Made by a program: the position numbers and the translations under genes. The notes under the pieces were generated by a model, which saw nothing but the letters and a program-made list of their open reading frames with translations, was not told the DNA's origin and did not search any database. Of a DNA stretch of 64,000 nt, positions 23,699 to 35,128 are shown in pieces; the first letter of the stretch is position 1, and each line of letters opens with the position of its first letter. This stretch comes from Macrostomum lignano (lineage: Eukaryota): positions 558,001-622,000 of the forward strand of contig NIVC01000366.1 in assembly GCA_002269645.1 (NCBI GenBank), in the 5' to 3' direction.

Positions 23699-25071
23699 CG
23701 GAGGGTTGTCAGAAAAGTTCTGTGTATTAGAGAATAGCTCAGCTCTATGAACAGCTGTAGAGTTGGGGTTTTAGCCATAGATATATACATATATAAAGAG
23801 TCGCTAGCTTCAGTTTTAGAGTACCAGATAATTTCTAGCCTGTGTAGCAGTAATTTTTCAACCACACCCATGGCGCATTCCGTTCCGCGAGAGAGTTTTT
23901 CTAAACGCGACAATCGAGCGATCATCAAGTTTCATGTCCTTCAGGGGCGTTCAGCAACCGAGATTTTTGAAGAAATGCGGCAGACCATATAGAAGACTTT
24001 TGCCCATCTTATGAGACGCTTCGCCGTTGGGCTATTGCCATTCGCAACGGCAAAGAAGACCTCGACGACAAGCCACGCAGTGGACGACCAACGAGTGCTC
24101 GGACTGACAGCCTGGTGAGTCAGGTGGAGGCAGCCGTGCTGCAGGACCGGAGACTGACCTGCAGGCAGCTGGCTGATGCCATAGGGGTGTCCCACGACTC
24201 AGTCCACAAGATCCTGACCGAGGACCTTGGAATGCGCAAGGTCTGTGCCAAGTTGGTGCCGCATCTGCTCACTGACGATCAGCGGGCTCGGCGGGTCGCC
24301 ATGTGCGCATCCAACTTGCAGCGGTGTTGGCGGGAGGGCATGGCGTTCCTGCAAAGGATCGTTGCCTGCGACGAAACCTGGGTGCATTCTTGGGAGGCGG
24401 AGTTGAAGCGGCAGAGTGCCACATGGTGCAGGCCAGGTTCTCCGCGACCTCAAAAGGCCATCCGGAGCATCGGCCAGTTGAAGGTCATGCACGTGACTTT
24501 CTTCGACCGGGAGGTCTGTTGTTCGATCAGCCTGTGCTAGTGGGGCAGACGGTCAATGGTGATTTCTACCTGTCGGTTCTGGTGAAAGTTCGGCGTGCCA
24601 TTTGGGACAAAAGGCCTGCACTTCACGCGGCTGGCCCGATTCTGCTTCACGAAAACGCATCCCCGCACCGAAACCAAAGCGTGCTGGCTACGATCGAGTC
24701 GTGGGGGTGGGAAATTCTTCCACATCCGCCTTATTCCCCGGACTTAAGTCCATGCGACTTTTTCCTCTTCCCTCGCATCAAGGAGTCGATGCGGGGCCAG
24801 CGTTTCAGCACAGAGGAAGACGTGAATCGGGCCTACAATGCTGGCATTGCCGCCGTGACGAACAATGGCATGACTACAGGCATTGACGGGCTGGTGCGGC
24901 GTTGGAAGAAGTGCATTGAAGTTGAGGGCTCATACATGTACTTTGAGTGAATAGGATACATGTACTTTGAGTGAATAGATGTTAAGGAAGACATTTGTAA
25001 CTTTTCATGTTTCTGCTGATTATCGTTCTCAAGTTATTACAATATACACAGAACTTTTCTGACAACCCTCA
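23699..25071 (+). mobile_element. Mariner (Tc1/mariner DD34D family) transposon, full length, 1373 bp
   Basis: TIR GAGGGTTGTCAGAAAAGTTCTGTGTAT at both ends, flanked by TA at 23697-98 and 25072-73. Confidence 0.93.
23870..24950 (+). pseudogene. Mariner transposase with two 1-nt frameshifts (about 23989 and 24512)
   Basis: PRSGRP, LVPHLL, CDETWV, HENA (canonical HDNA), YSPDLSPCDF; 34 residues between the second and third acidic positions. Confidence 0.92.
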
Positions 25072-25199
25072 TATATTCTGAATTTTTTGTACGATTCTTT
25101 TTTTTTAATTTTGTTCTAAAAATTTCTGTAATTCTACAATATGAACTATTATAACAGCTATATTACAGTACATATATTTGATTGTCTACATGTACTTGT

Positions 25200-26765
25200 G
25201 CTAATCTTCTTCTTTACCGTTGCCGTCATGGCCATGAGTGCAACTATTCATGCAAGCCAGCTTCCGCCATCACTGTCTGTCCTTCGCTGTTCTTCTTAGC
25301 CTCTCCAACCATCCGGTCATCTTTCCACTGCCTTTTCGGTATTCTTATTCTTTCACCCCCTTACATTTCTCCTTGAATACAGACATTTGTCATGGCTCCC
25401 TTGTCTGATGTCTGTAACACAGATTCTGGTTCCTTTCCCAATGCCTCAACTTTTCTCCAAACCCAGGCACTTGTCTTTTTCTCTTTCCATGAAATCATTA
25501 GCACTCTTCTGTAACATTTCATTGCAACCGCTTTGAGTGTCTCCAAACTTTTCTTCCCCAGAGTCCAGCTTCGCACCCACAGAACAGTGTGTCGCCAATG
25601 TGATCGCCTTAATTGTGATCTTGAGGCCATTCTTCAAACCGACTCCTTGAGCCCGCCAAAGACTCATCAAGCCTTATCATTGAGCTGGTTGCGACGTCAA
25701 TTCGGATTCTGATCTCTTCCTCCGAGGTCCCATTCTCCATGATGGTTGCCTCCAGATATTTAAACTTCTTCACCTGTTCTACTAGTTCTCCATCAATCAC
25801 AATCCCTAGCCTGACTTTGTCCTTACCATTCCCTGTCACCATTGTCTTGTTTTTTTCTTTGCTGACTTCCATGCCAAACTTTTTTGAGATTGTGCAGTCC
25901 ATGCAGCTTCGTTGTCATTTCTTGCAATTCTTCCTCATCTTTGCCAATCAAATCGTGATGTCGTCTGAAAACCGCGAGTTGTTGAGTTGTTGATGTTCAT
26001 GTCTCCGCAGCTGATTCCGAGCTCATGCAGTTCCTCAATTAATTTCTGTCATTATCCGTTTCAGGAAAAGATTGAAGAGAGTAGGTGATAGGATACAAAA
26101 TCCTTGTCTCACCCCACCATTGCCCTAAACCAGTCACTGCACTGGTCACCTGCCATAACCTTTGGTCTTAGCTTCTTCATACAGTCGCTTAATTATTCTC
26201 TTGTGATGTCTTCTCCAATGTTGTATTTTTTCATTGTGTGCAAAAGCGCTTCGTGCCACTGCGTGTTTGAAGGCGTGTTTAAAGTCAATGAAATTGTGAC
26301 AGATGATCTTTTGATATTTTACAAATTAATGGTCGCAGGGGGGCGTAGCTCAGCGGTCAGTGCAGGCTCTGGTGTGCCAGCGACCCAGGCTCGATTCCAA
26401 GTGCAGTCACATTAATTTGGGGCTGAATTGGAATCTCGGCTTGGCTCTGCTCGTGCAATTAACGGCCTTGAGAGCCAACCCCCAAGGCGCAGTGAAGTGT
26501 ACATGCCTAACGATAAAATAAAGTTAGGGCCGCTGTACAATCCTGTGTGAGTGTGTGCCTGCGTACGTATCCGCGCGCTTGTGTGCCTGCTCAGGGGAGT
26601 CGGCGGAATGAGCAGTAATGCCTCTCGCCGGTTGTGTGCCTATGTCGCTTAAAGTGCACCAGGGTGCACACAACCCCCTGCCTCTAATAAAAAAAATTAA
26701 TGGTCACAAGTTGGTAATTTGCTCTGAAGTGCTTGCATCTCGCTGCGCACCTGCTCTACTGTCGA
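25200..26765 (-). mobile_element. Degraded RTE-clade LINE (RT region), interrupted by a SINE
   Basis: Fragments EQITNL, HNFIDFK.AF, IIKRLYEEAK, GVRQG..ILSPTLFNLF, KFKYL, EEEIRIRI, KCYRRVLMISW, PKRQWKDD, with many frameshifts. Confidence 0.85.
26338..26693 (+). mobile_element. tRNA-derived SINE, about 356 bp
   Basis: A-box TAGCTCAGCGG, B-box-like GGCTCGATTCC, 3' AATAAAAAAA; 15-bp TSD AAATTAATGGTC(G/A)CA at 26323-26337 and 26694-26708. Confidence 0.85.
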
Positions 26766-26769
26766 TGCT

Positions 26770-27330
26770 ATGAGCCGTGAGGCTCAGTGTCATCGAGTCC
26801 CAGCCGTACCACAGGGCACGCTTTGGGTCAGGACGCTGAACTGCCGCACTCTCAAGGCCGCCTGGCGGAGAGGGCTGCTGGCGCAGCTAGCGCTCGACCC
26901 CAGATGCGATGTCATCTCGCTGCAAGAGGTGTCCATCAGGGCCGACTCGGGAAATTCACTGTGAGGACCCGGGCGCCGGCTGGACCCTCTGGTACGTACG
27001 CGTCAGTTTGTCAATATCGGCTACGTCGAGCTAGTCACCATTGCGGCACTCTATCGCCGCACCGGCCTGTTTCGTCCCAGCGAACTGTTGCGCTGTCGTC
27101 GGCGACTCCAGCTGGCAGGCCATTTTATCCGAGCCGAGACGTACTGCCCACAGCCGGCCGGTGCATTAGGTGCTGCTGCTGACGCTGCAGGCACCCTACC
27201 GGCGGGGGACAGGCGCGCACTCGAAGTTTCGTTGACTGCCTGCTGGCTGATGCTGGGGCCCCGGACACTGCCGGCGATGCGGCCTACATGTACGTTCGCA
27301 CCCAGTCCTTGAAAAAACGCGCCCTATGAT
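26770..27330 (+). mobile_element. Internally deleted RTE-like element: APE N-terminus fused to the 3' end
   Basis: LWVRTLNCRTLK...CDVISLQEV (APE) followed directly by RRRLQLAGHFIRAETYCPQP...FVDCLLADAGAPD, which matches the 19950-20170 region. Confidence 0.8.
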
Positions 27331-27400
27331 TAGTGCCCTATGACTAGTGCCCTAGTGCCCTATGACTAGTGCCCTATGACTACTGGCTGACAATGTATTT

Positions 27401-27438
<38 letters not shown>

Positions 27439-27466
27439 ATTATTATTATTATTGTTGTTGTTGTTG

Positions 27467-27503
<37 letters not shown>
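27325..27503. repeat. Short TAGTGCCCTATGAC tandem plus (TTG)n/(TTA)n microsatellite
   Basis: Directly visible. Confidence 0.9.
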
Positions 27504-27504
<1 letters not shown>

Positions 27505-30039
27505 CTCTGCCACTGTGATGGCCACGCATTGATCGATCCGATCTTCACTACTCTTGAGGATTTTGTTGCAGAGCTTGTGCAGTAAGTCATTTGCAATCAA
27601 GTATTAAAAACAGGGTGTACTCATGTAAAACAGGGTGTACTTTGTAAGGCAAAACTCAATTAGACACAGATGGCCTGCTGGAGCTGAAGACTTCATAAAT
27701 AAACACCGCTATAGCTTTGGCGGCTCAATGGACACCCGATGGTAATATTTGTGATCGCTTTTTTAGAAGGTATGCAAAAACCCTTACATGTATACTGAAT
27801 CGATCGTACGGAGTTAGTAGTACTAGTACATGTACATGCAGCTGCATTGTTTTTCGGAAGGTGCATTAATGTAGTGAGTACTTCGAGCGACTGTACATAC
27901 AGTCGTAATCAAGTGGGTTCTACGCTCGTACATGTACTAGCTAGCTTGACATCGTTAAGAGCCCACGCGGAAGAGACTAAAAATTACGCCCTAGTCCTAT
28001 ACTCTACTAAAGGCAGCGATAGCCAATTAACGCCTTGAAGGCAGAACCCATCAAATTATATGCAGCGACGGGATAGGAGACTTGTACATATTTGTTTCAT
28101 GTGAGGTATACACCTGCGCATATAAAGTTAGCGCATATATCAATCGAAATTTTATTGTTCAACCTATTGTTTCTTAAGATTTTATTATTCATATTTCAAT
28201 TTTTATTCTCTTTTAATTTATTAAAAATAAAAGTGCTGATTGCGACTATAAAACTTATAGCTGTAGTAATTTAACAAACTTATTGACTGAATGAAGTACG
28301 TTTTGTTTAAAGTTTAGGCAAAATTCAATCTCTAGTAACAGGTTCTAAAACTGTACGTACGGCACGCGCGTGCGCGACTCTAAAACTATAAGAAAATAAA
28401 GTGACGAGATGACGATTCACGGCTGGCCTGAATCGGATTCACGCGCACGTACGCTAGGAGTGCACGCACTGTGACACAAGTATACGTTGATCGACTGACG
28501 CTAGGCGGTGCTTCGCAATCGCAGACCGCAGTCGATGCAACATGCAAGTTTAAAACCTTGCGGCCTTGCCACTCACAATCCGCATTATATGATTTTAAAA
28601 AAGATAGCGTTCTTATTCGACTTAGGCCTTAGTCTAGTATCTATCTATCTTCTAGGCCCAGTTTGACATGTAGAATTAGATAATTAGACTATCTATATGT
28701 GAATCAGTGAATGTATATAAAGATAACGAAATATGCTATTAGGCATTAGCTATTAGCTAGGCCTAGGCGACCTAAAGTGGCCAAAGGGAAATCTGTTTGT
28801 ATAAGTGTACCCCCTACAGATAAATTCAAAATAAGTGTGTTTTTAACTAAAAATGATTTCATTGGTTACTATCTTCAAATTAAAAGGTTATTTTATAGGC
28901 CTACCGTAAATTTGTTTTAATAATTAATAGCCATCTAGACAAAGAAGTGTAGAATTATGCCTAGTGCTTAATCAGGCTTAGGTCTCTTAAAAGTAGTTTT
29001 TTATATTTAAAATGGTTCATATGTTCTTTTTTCTGGAATCAAAATAATTTAACAAACAGAACTTAACAATTGCCAGTGTCTAAACATTTTGGCCCCAAAA
29101 TGACACTTCCAAATATATTCTTAATGATATGTTAAATAGGTTATTGCTTATTAATAGAGGTCGGATATGATTTTAATCATTTTTCACAATTGTGATTATT
29201 TAAAACCTATTATTATTAATGAGGTTGTGATTTTCTACTTACTTTTTATTTTAATTCACTGTTTAAGTTTTTTTAATTTATTTAAATTAAACTAAGTATA
29301 ACTTTTTTACTTGATTTACTGAAATAAAAATGTGAACACAAATATATAAAGCAGTAATACATTTTATTTTTGTTGACTTGACAGTATTATTGAGTATTAT
29401 TATCTAATATACAATGGTTTCTTTTCTTGTTTTGTTATTTGGCATTAATTTGGTAGGAATATAAATTCAATTTTGTATAACTAAATAAAAATAAGTACAC
29501 AATTAATATAATGAATATAAGTTCATAATAAATATAATAAATATAAGTTCACAATCACAATCATGCCCAACTTTAAAATTTTACAAAATTTCATGCCTGA
29601 CCAAAAGTACATTGATAGTTGTAAATGTAATGATTGACTTTATATTTATTAGGTCTATTTCTATAGTCCAGATCATGGCAAGCGTACGCCAGAATCAAAA
29701 TTCATGTTTTTTCAATTTTATGCCAATGTAAAATAAAATAAAAATTTTATGCCAAAACTAAAATTGTTTATACACAATTTTTTAACAAATATATATTTTT
29801 AGGAACTCAAAACTTTTACTAAACTTTAAAACAGCTGTTTTTGCTAAAAACAGATATTATTTGTTTTAATTTTGATTTTCTTGTGATTACATTCATATTT
29901 TCTATTTTAGTTTCTGCTTATTTTTAAAGAGCCTTCAACATTGGTTGATATTTAACTACACAATTACATTAGCCTTGAACTTGGCTATTTTTTTGTATGC
30001 TGACTGTGTACACTTCATGTTGAACCTGAAAATTATATA

Positions 30040-30925
30040 TGCGGGTTGCTTTTAGAAGCCCTAAATTTCACAACGTCGCAAGACACAAACTTTCATAAGC
30101 TCTAAATTTCATAAACACTAATTTTCACATTGTTGAAAAGTTGTGCACAGAATTTCATAAGCTTTAAATTTAACAACCTCTAAATTTCACAACGTCCCAA
30201 ATCACTATGGAGATGCAATCTTTCACAAGACCTAAATTTCACAATGCCTAAAAAAACTCCATGGTCTCCATAGTGTTTTTAGGCGTTGTGAAATTTAGGT
30301 CTTGTGAAAGATTGTATCTCCATAGTGTTTTTAGGCATTGTGAAATTTAGGTCTTGTGAAAGATTGTATCTCCATAGTGTTTTTAGGCATTGTGAAATTT
30401 AGGTCTTGTGAAAGATTGTATCTCCAGTGTTTTTAGGCGTTGTGAAATTTAGGTCTTGTGAAAGATTGTATCTCCAGTGTTTTTAGGCGTTGTGAAATTT
30501 AGGTCTTGTGAAAGATTGTATCTCCATAGTGTTTTTAGGCATTGTGAAATTTAGGTCTTGTGAAAGATTGTATCTCCATAGTGTTTTTAGGCATTGTGAA
30601 ATTTAGGTATTGTGAAAGATTGTATCTCCATAGTGTTTTTAGGCGTTGTGAAATTTAGGTCTTGTGAAAGATTGTATCTCCAGTGTTTTTAGGCATTGTG
30701 ATATTTAGGGTTTGTGAAATTTAGGGTTTGTGAAATTTAGAGATAGTGAAATTTAGGGCTTTTGAAAATCTGTGCATGCCTTTTAGGTGTTATGAAATTT
30801 AGGGCTTGTGAAATCTGCTGCATTGCTTATTTTCGACGTTGTGAAAATTAGGGTTTATGAAATATAGGTCTTATGAAAGGTTCTGGTTTTGACGTGAAAA
30901 TTAGGGTTTGTGAAATGACCCTGCC
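30040..30925. mobile_element. Foldback/MITE-like element containing a 50-52-bp tandem array
   Basis: Left arm CTAAATTTCACAA units (30058-30260) are the reverse complement of the right-arm TTGTGAAATTTAGG units (30270-30920). TSD not identified. Confidence 0.65.
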
Positions 30926-31438
30926 AAGTGTATGCCAAGATTATCAGTGAGAGCAAAAATATGCTGGAAAATTCTAGTGTAAAGGCCACCTTCTGGACTA
31001 TGGGTTATTTCTTATATCAAGTGATAAAAAGGAATTTTATATGTGATAGACCAAATAAAAATCTTAGTATAGGTCTTTATAATAGAATGGTATATTAACA
31101 ATGATTTAATAAAGTTGTATTTATATGGTGGTTATATAAGTATAATGAAAAAGCTTTTACTAATTCTTAGAAAAAGAATAATTGTAGAACAAATATGATT
31201 AATAATATGTTGACATTATTATTGACATTAAATAAAGCTTTGGAATAAAGTCGTTTTTATTTCCTATGAATTTGATACAGAAGATCTGTTGCCTATGCCA
31301 ATTATTTTTTTAAAGATCTCTACAGGTTCACCTTCATTTTTAATCTTTCAGAAAAAGGAAAACATCACTACTTACCATTGGCTAAGCAAGTAGTGCTTGA
31401 AGGATATATCAAATTCTAATATATCCTAGAGTGAGGAG

Positions 31439-34400
31439 ATGGTACAAATTCGCAAGCGAAGCGCCCATCTGGCTGCCCAGAATAAGCTGACTTCAGCCAC
31501 TGCCAATTTGTTAGAAAGCGACGATAGCCACGACAGCGAGCTCGATGAAGAAGACTCAGATGATGATGAGGATTATAATCCTGAGGCTGCTGCATCCGCT
31601 GAGATGGGAATTGATGAAGACAATAGCAATCAGAGTGATAGCGATGGTACTAGCAACGGCAGTGAACATATTGCTTCAAAGCTTGGATTAAGCATCGCTG
31701 TGGAAGATAGCGACAAAGACCACAGTAGCGACGCGTCAGAATTCAATGCCTATTTAGTTCGAGACAAAGACTCCGCGTTAACAAATCCTCTGCTAGCCTA
31801 TATAGATAATTCCTATACTAGCCAGAGACGCTTTCTCAACCAGCCCGACCTGTGGCATTGTATGCGATTTTCCAGGTCTATTCAATCCTTGCGCAGCCTC
31901 ACCGCTTCTTCATCATCGTCTGCTGATTCGACAGCTTGGCGTCGACTATTCGACGAAGCATTCGGCGATAATCGACCACCGGCTTTGGCGCTGTCCTCGC
32001 AGGAGCTGGCCGACTACCTGCCTAGAGGCTTTGCTGACTATGATGGTAGCATGAATAGCGGGGAAGACTTAAGCATTCCCTATTCTATAGTGCGGACTGG
32101 GGAACAAGAGTCTGAGATTAAACGGCTGCCGCTGTTAGGCGCCGATGCTCAAGCCGGGCTAGCCTTTGCTGGCGGTCGGATCCGGTGCCTGACTTGGCTG
32201 CCGCCAGACCCGAGTCTGGGTCCAGCGCAGCCGCAGCTGCTGCTCGTGTGTCCCGACTGGCCAGAGCTGGAGGCCGACACTGACGAACAGATACGACGGC
32301 GGCGACACCATGGGACTGTTCAAATTTGGAGAGTTGGGCCCGATGGGGATGAGGTAATGAAATGCCATTGGTTTGCAGATCCTCAGTTGCTGGGCCACCA
32401 GCCACCCAGATCTTCAATTGCTGGGCCAGCGTCCCAGATCCTCAGTTGCTGGGCCAGCGTCCCAGATCCTCAATTGCTGGCCAGCCTCCCAGATCCTCAG
32501 TTGCTTGGCCAGCCTCCCAGATCCTCAGTTGCTGGGCCAGCCTCCCAGATCCTCAGTTGCTGGGCCAGCCTCCCAGATCCTCAGTTGCTATGCCAACCTC
32601 CCAGATCCTCAGTTGCTATGCCAACCTCCCAGATCCTCAGTTGCTATGCCAACCTCCCATATCCTCAGTCGCTGGGCCACCAGCCTCCCATATCCTCAGT
32701 CGCTGGGCCACCAGCCTCCCATATCCTCAGTCGCTGGGCTACCAGCCTCCCATATCCTCATTTCCAGTCGCAACTTCCCTCTCCTCAGCTGAGCATCTCC
32801 GCCTGCCTGTGCCACGAGTTCGGCCCCATCGTTGCCTGCGCCTGGCTGCCGTCGCCGCCGCCTTCAACAGCCGACATCAGCCGCCAGCAGCATCGGACCA
32901 GACCAATCTACATCGCTCTGGCCTGCGCATCAGACGGTTTAATCCGAGTAGCCCAACTTCCAACCATTGAACGTTTGATCTCGGCTGGAAAATCGTCTAC
33001 CACTACTCAGACTCAGCCTGCACCGATAGCCGAGCCTCTGGGGCCCTTCTGAGCCTCGGGCTGGCCAGTCTGGTCACCCCATCGGACAGTTCAACAGGCA
33101 GTGATGAAGACTCCAGCAGCCAGTTGCTAAGATACGGCAGGCCAATTTGCCTCGAGGTTCAAAGTGACTGCCAGCCTGGCCTGGTTTTGGCCGGCTTTTC
33201 TAGCGGCCTGTGCGCCGCCTGGCATCTGGACTGCGTTCAGTTTCGCGACAGAGGCAGCGCAGACGTTCAAGGACTGCGGTATGATGAGCTTATGAGCGTT
33301 TGTCTTGGGTTTTATCCAGCTTCCGTGATGAGGTGGCTTTAGTGCAAAATTTTGTGTTTAAAAAAGTCTCATAGGGTGAGATTTCCTATTAGATTTATGG
33401 AGTCTCATAGGGTGAGATTTCCTATTAGATTTATGCAGTCTCATAGGGTGAGATTTCCTATCAGATTAATGTAGTCTCATTTGATGAGATTTCCTATTAG
33501 ATTTACACAGCCTCATTTGGTGAGATTTCCTATTAGATTTATGCAGTCTCATAGGGTGAGATTTCCTATTAGATTTATGCAGTCTCATAGGGTGAGATTT
33601 TCTATCTTCAATTTAGTAGACTCACTATAATCTCAGGGTTGAGATTTCCTATCTTAAATATAGACTCACTATTATCTCATGGGTGAGATTTCTCAAAGTT
33701 TCCCCAGTCTCATCCCCACTGCTCATCCCCCATCCTCAGCTACTCGCCCAAGCTGGCCTACCTGAACGCCAGCCGAATCTGGCTCGCCAGTCCCAGCCGG
33801 GCGCCCGTGCTGGCGATGCGACTCGAGCCGGAGTCCGGCGACACCCTCGCTGTGAGCTGCGCAGACAGGCGGGTTCGACTGTTCTCCCTGTCTCAGCTGA
33901 CTGGCACCCAGCCTGCCCAGCTGCTCAGGCTGCCGCGGCACAGCATGGCCAGGTCTGTGGCCGATCTGATTGGGTCTGTCTGTGTGTCTGTCTCTTTGTG
34001 TCTGTCTGTGTGTCTGTCTCTTTGTGTCTGTCTGTGTGTCTGTCTCTTTGTGTCTGTCTGTGTGTCTGTCTCTTTGTGTCTGCCTGTCTTTGTGTCTGCC
34101 TGTCTTTGTGTCTGCCTGTCTTTGTGTCTGTCTGTGTGTCTGTCTCTTTGTGTCTGCCTGTCTTTGTGTCTGTCTGTCAGTGTGTCTGTCTGTCTTTGTG
34201 TCTGCCTGTCTTTGTGTCTGCCTGTCTTTGTGTCTGTCTGTCAGTGTGTCTGTCTGTCTGTGAGTCTGTCTGTGTGTCTGCCTGTCTTTGTGTCTGCCTG
34301 TCTTTGTGTCTGCCTGTCTTTGTGTCTGCCTGTCTTTGTGTCTGCCTGTCTTTGTGTCTGCCTGTCTTTGTGTCTGTCTGTCTTTGTGTCTGTCTGTCTT

Positions 34401-34574
34401 TGGCTGTCTGTCTCTGTATCTACCTGTCTTTGTGTCTGTCTTTTCGTCTGCCTGTCTTTGTGTCTGTCTGTCTGTCTGTCCGTCTGTCTATCTGTCTGCC
34501 TGCCTGTCTGTCTGTCTGTCTGTCCGTCTGTCTATCTGTCTGCCTGCCTGCCTGTCTGTCTGTCTGTCTGTCTA

Positions 34575-34615
<41 letters not shown>

Positions 34616-34814
34616 GTGTCTGCCTGTCTTTGTGTCTGCCTGTCTTTGGCTGTCTGTCTCTGTATCTACCTGTCTTTGTGTCTGTCTTTTCGTCTGCCTG
34701 TCTTTGTGTCTGTCTTTTCGTCTGCCTGTCTTTGTGTCTGTCTGTCTGTCCGTCTGTCTATCTGTCTGCCTGCCTGCCTGTCTGTCCGTCTGTCTATCTG
34801 TCTGCCTGCCTGCC

Positions 34815-34865
<51 letters not shown>

Positions 34866-35038
34866 GTGTCTGTGTGTCTGCCTGTCTTTGTGTCTGCCTG
34901 TCTTTGGCTGTCTGTCTCTGTATCTACCTGTCTTTGTGTCTGTCTTTTCGTCTGCCTGTCTTTGTGTCTGTCTTTTCGTCTGCCTGTCTTTGTGTCTGTC
35001 TGTCTGTCTGTCCGTCTGTCTATCTGTCTGTCTGTCTA

Positions 35039-35128
<90 letters not shown>

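Noticed and set aside
26338-26410. tRNA gene
   Set aside because: No acceptor-stem closure or Pol III T-run terminator; it continues into a SINE body with an A tail and TSD.
26420-26690. Self-cleaving ribozyme in the SINE body
   Set aside because: I could not fit an HDV or hammerhead core by eye; it would need an Infernal or RNArobo search.
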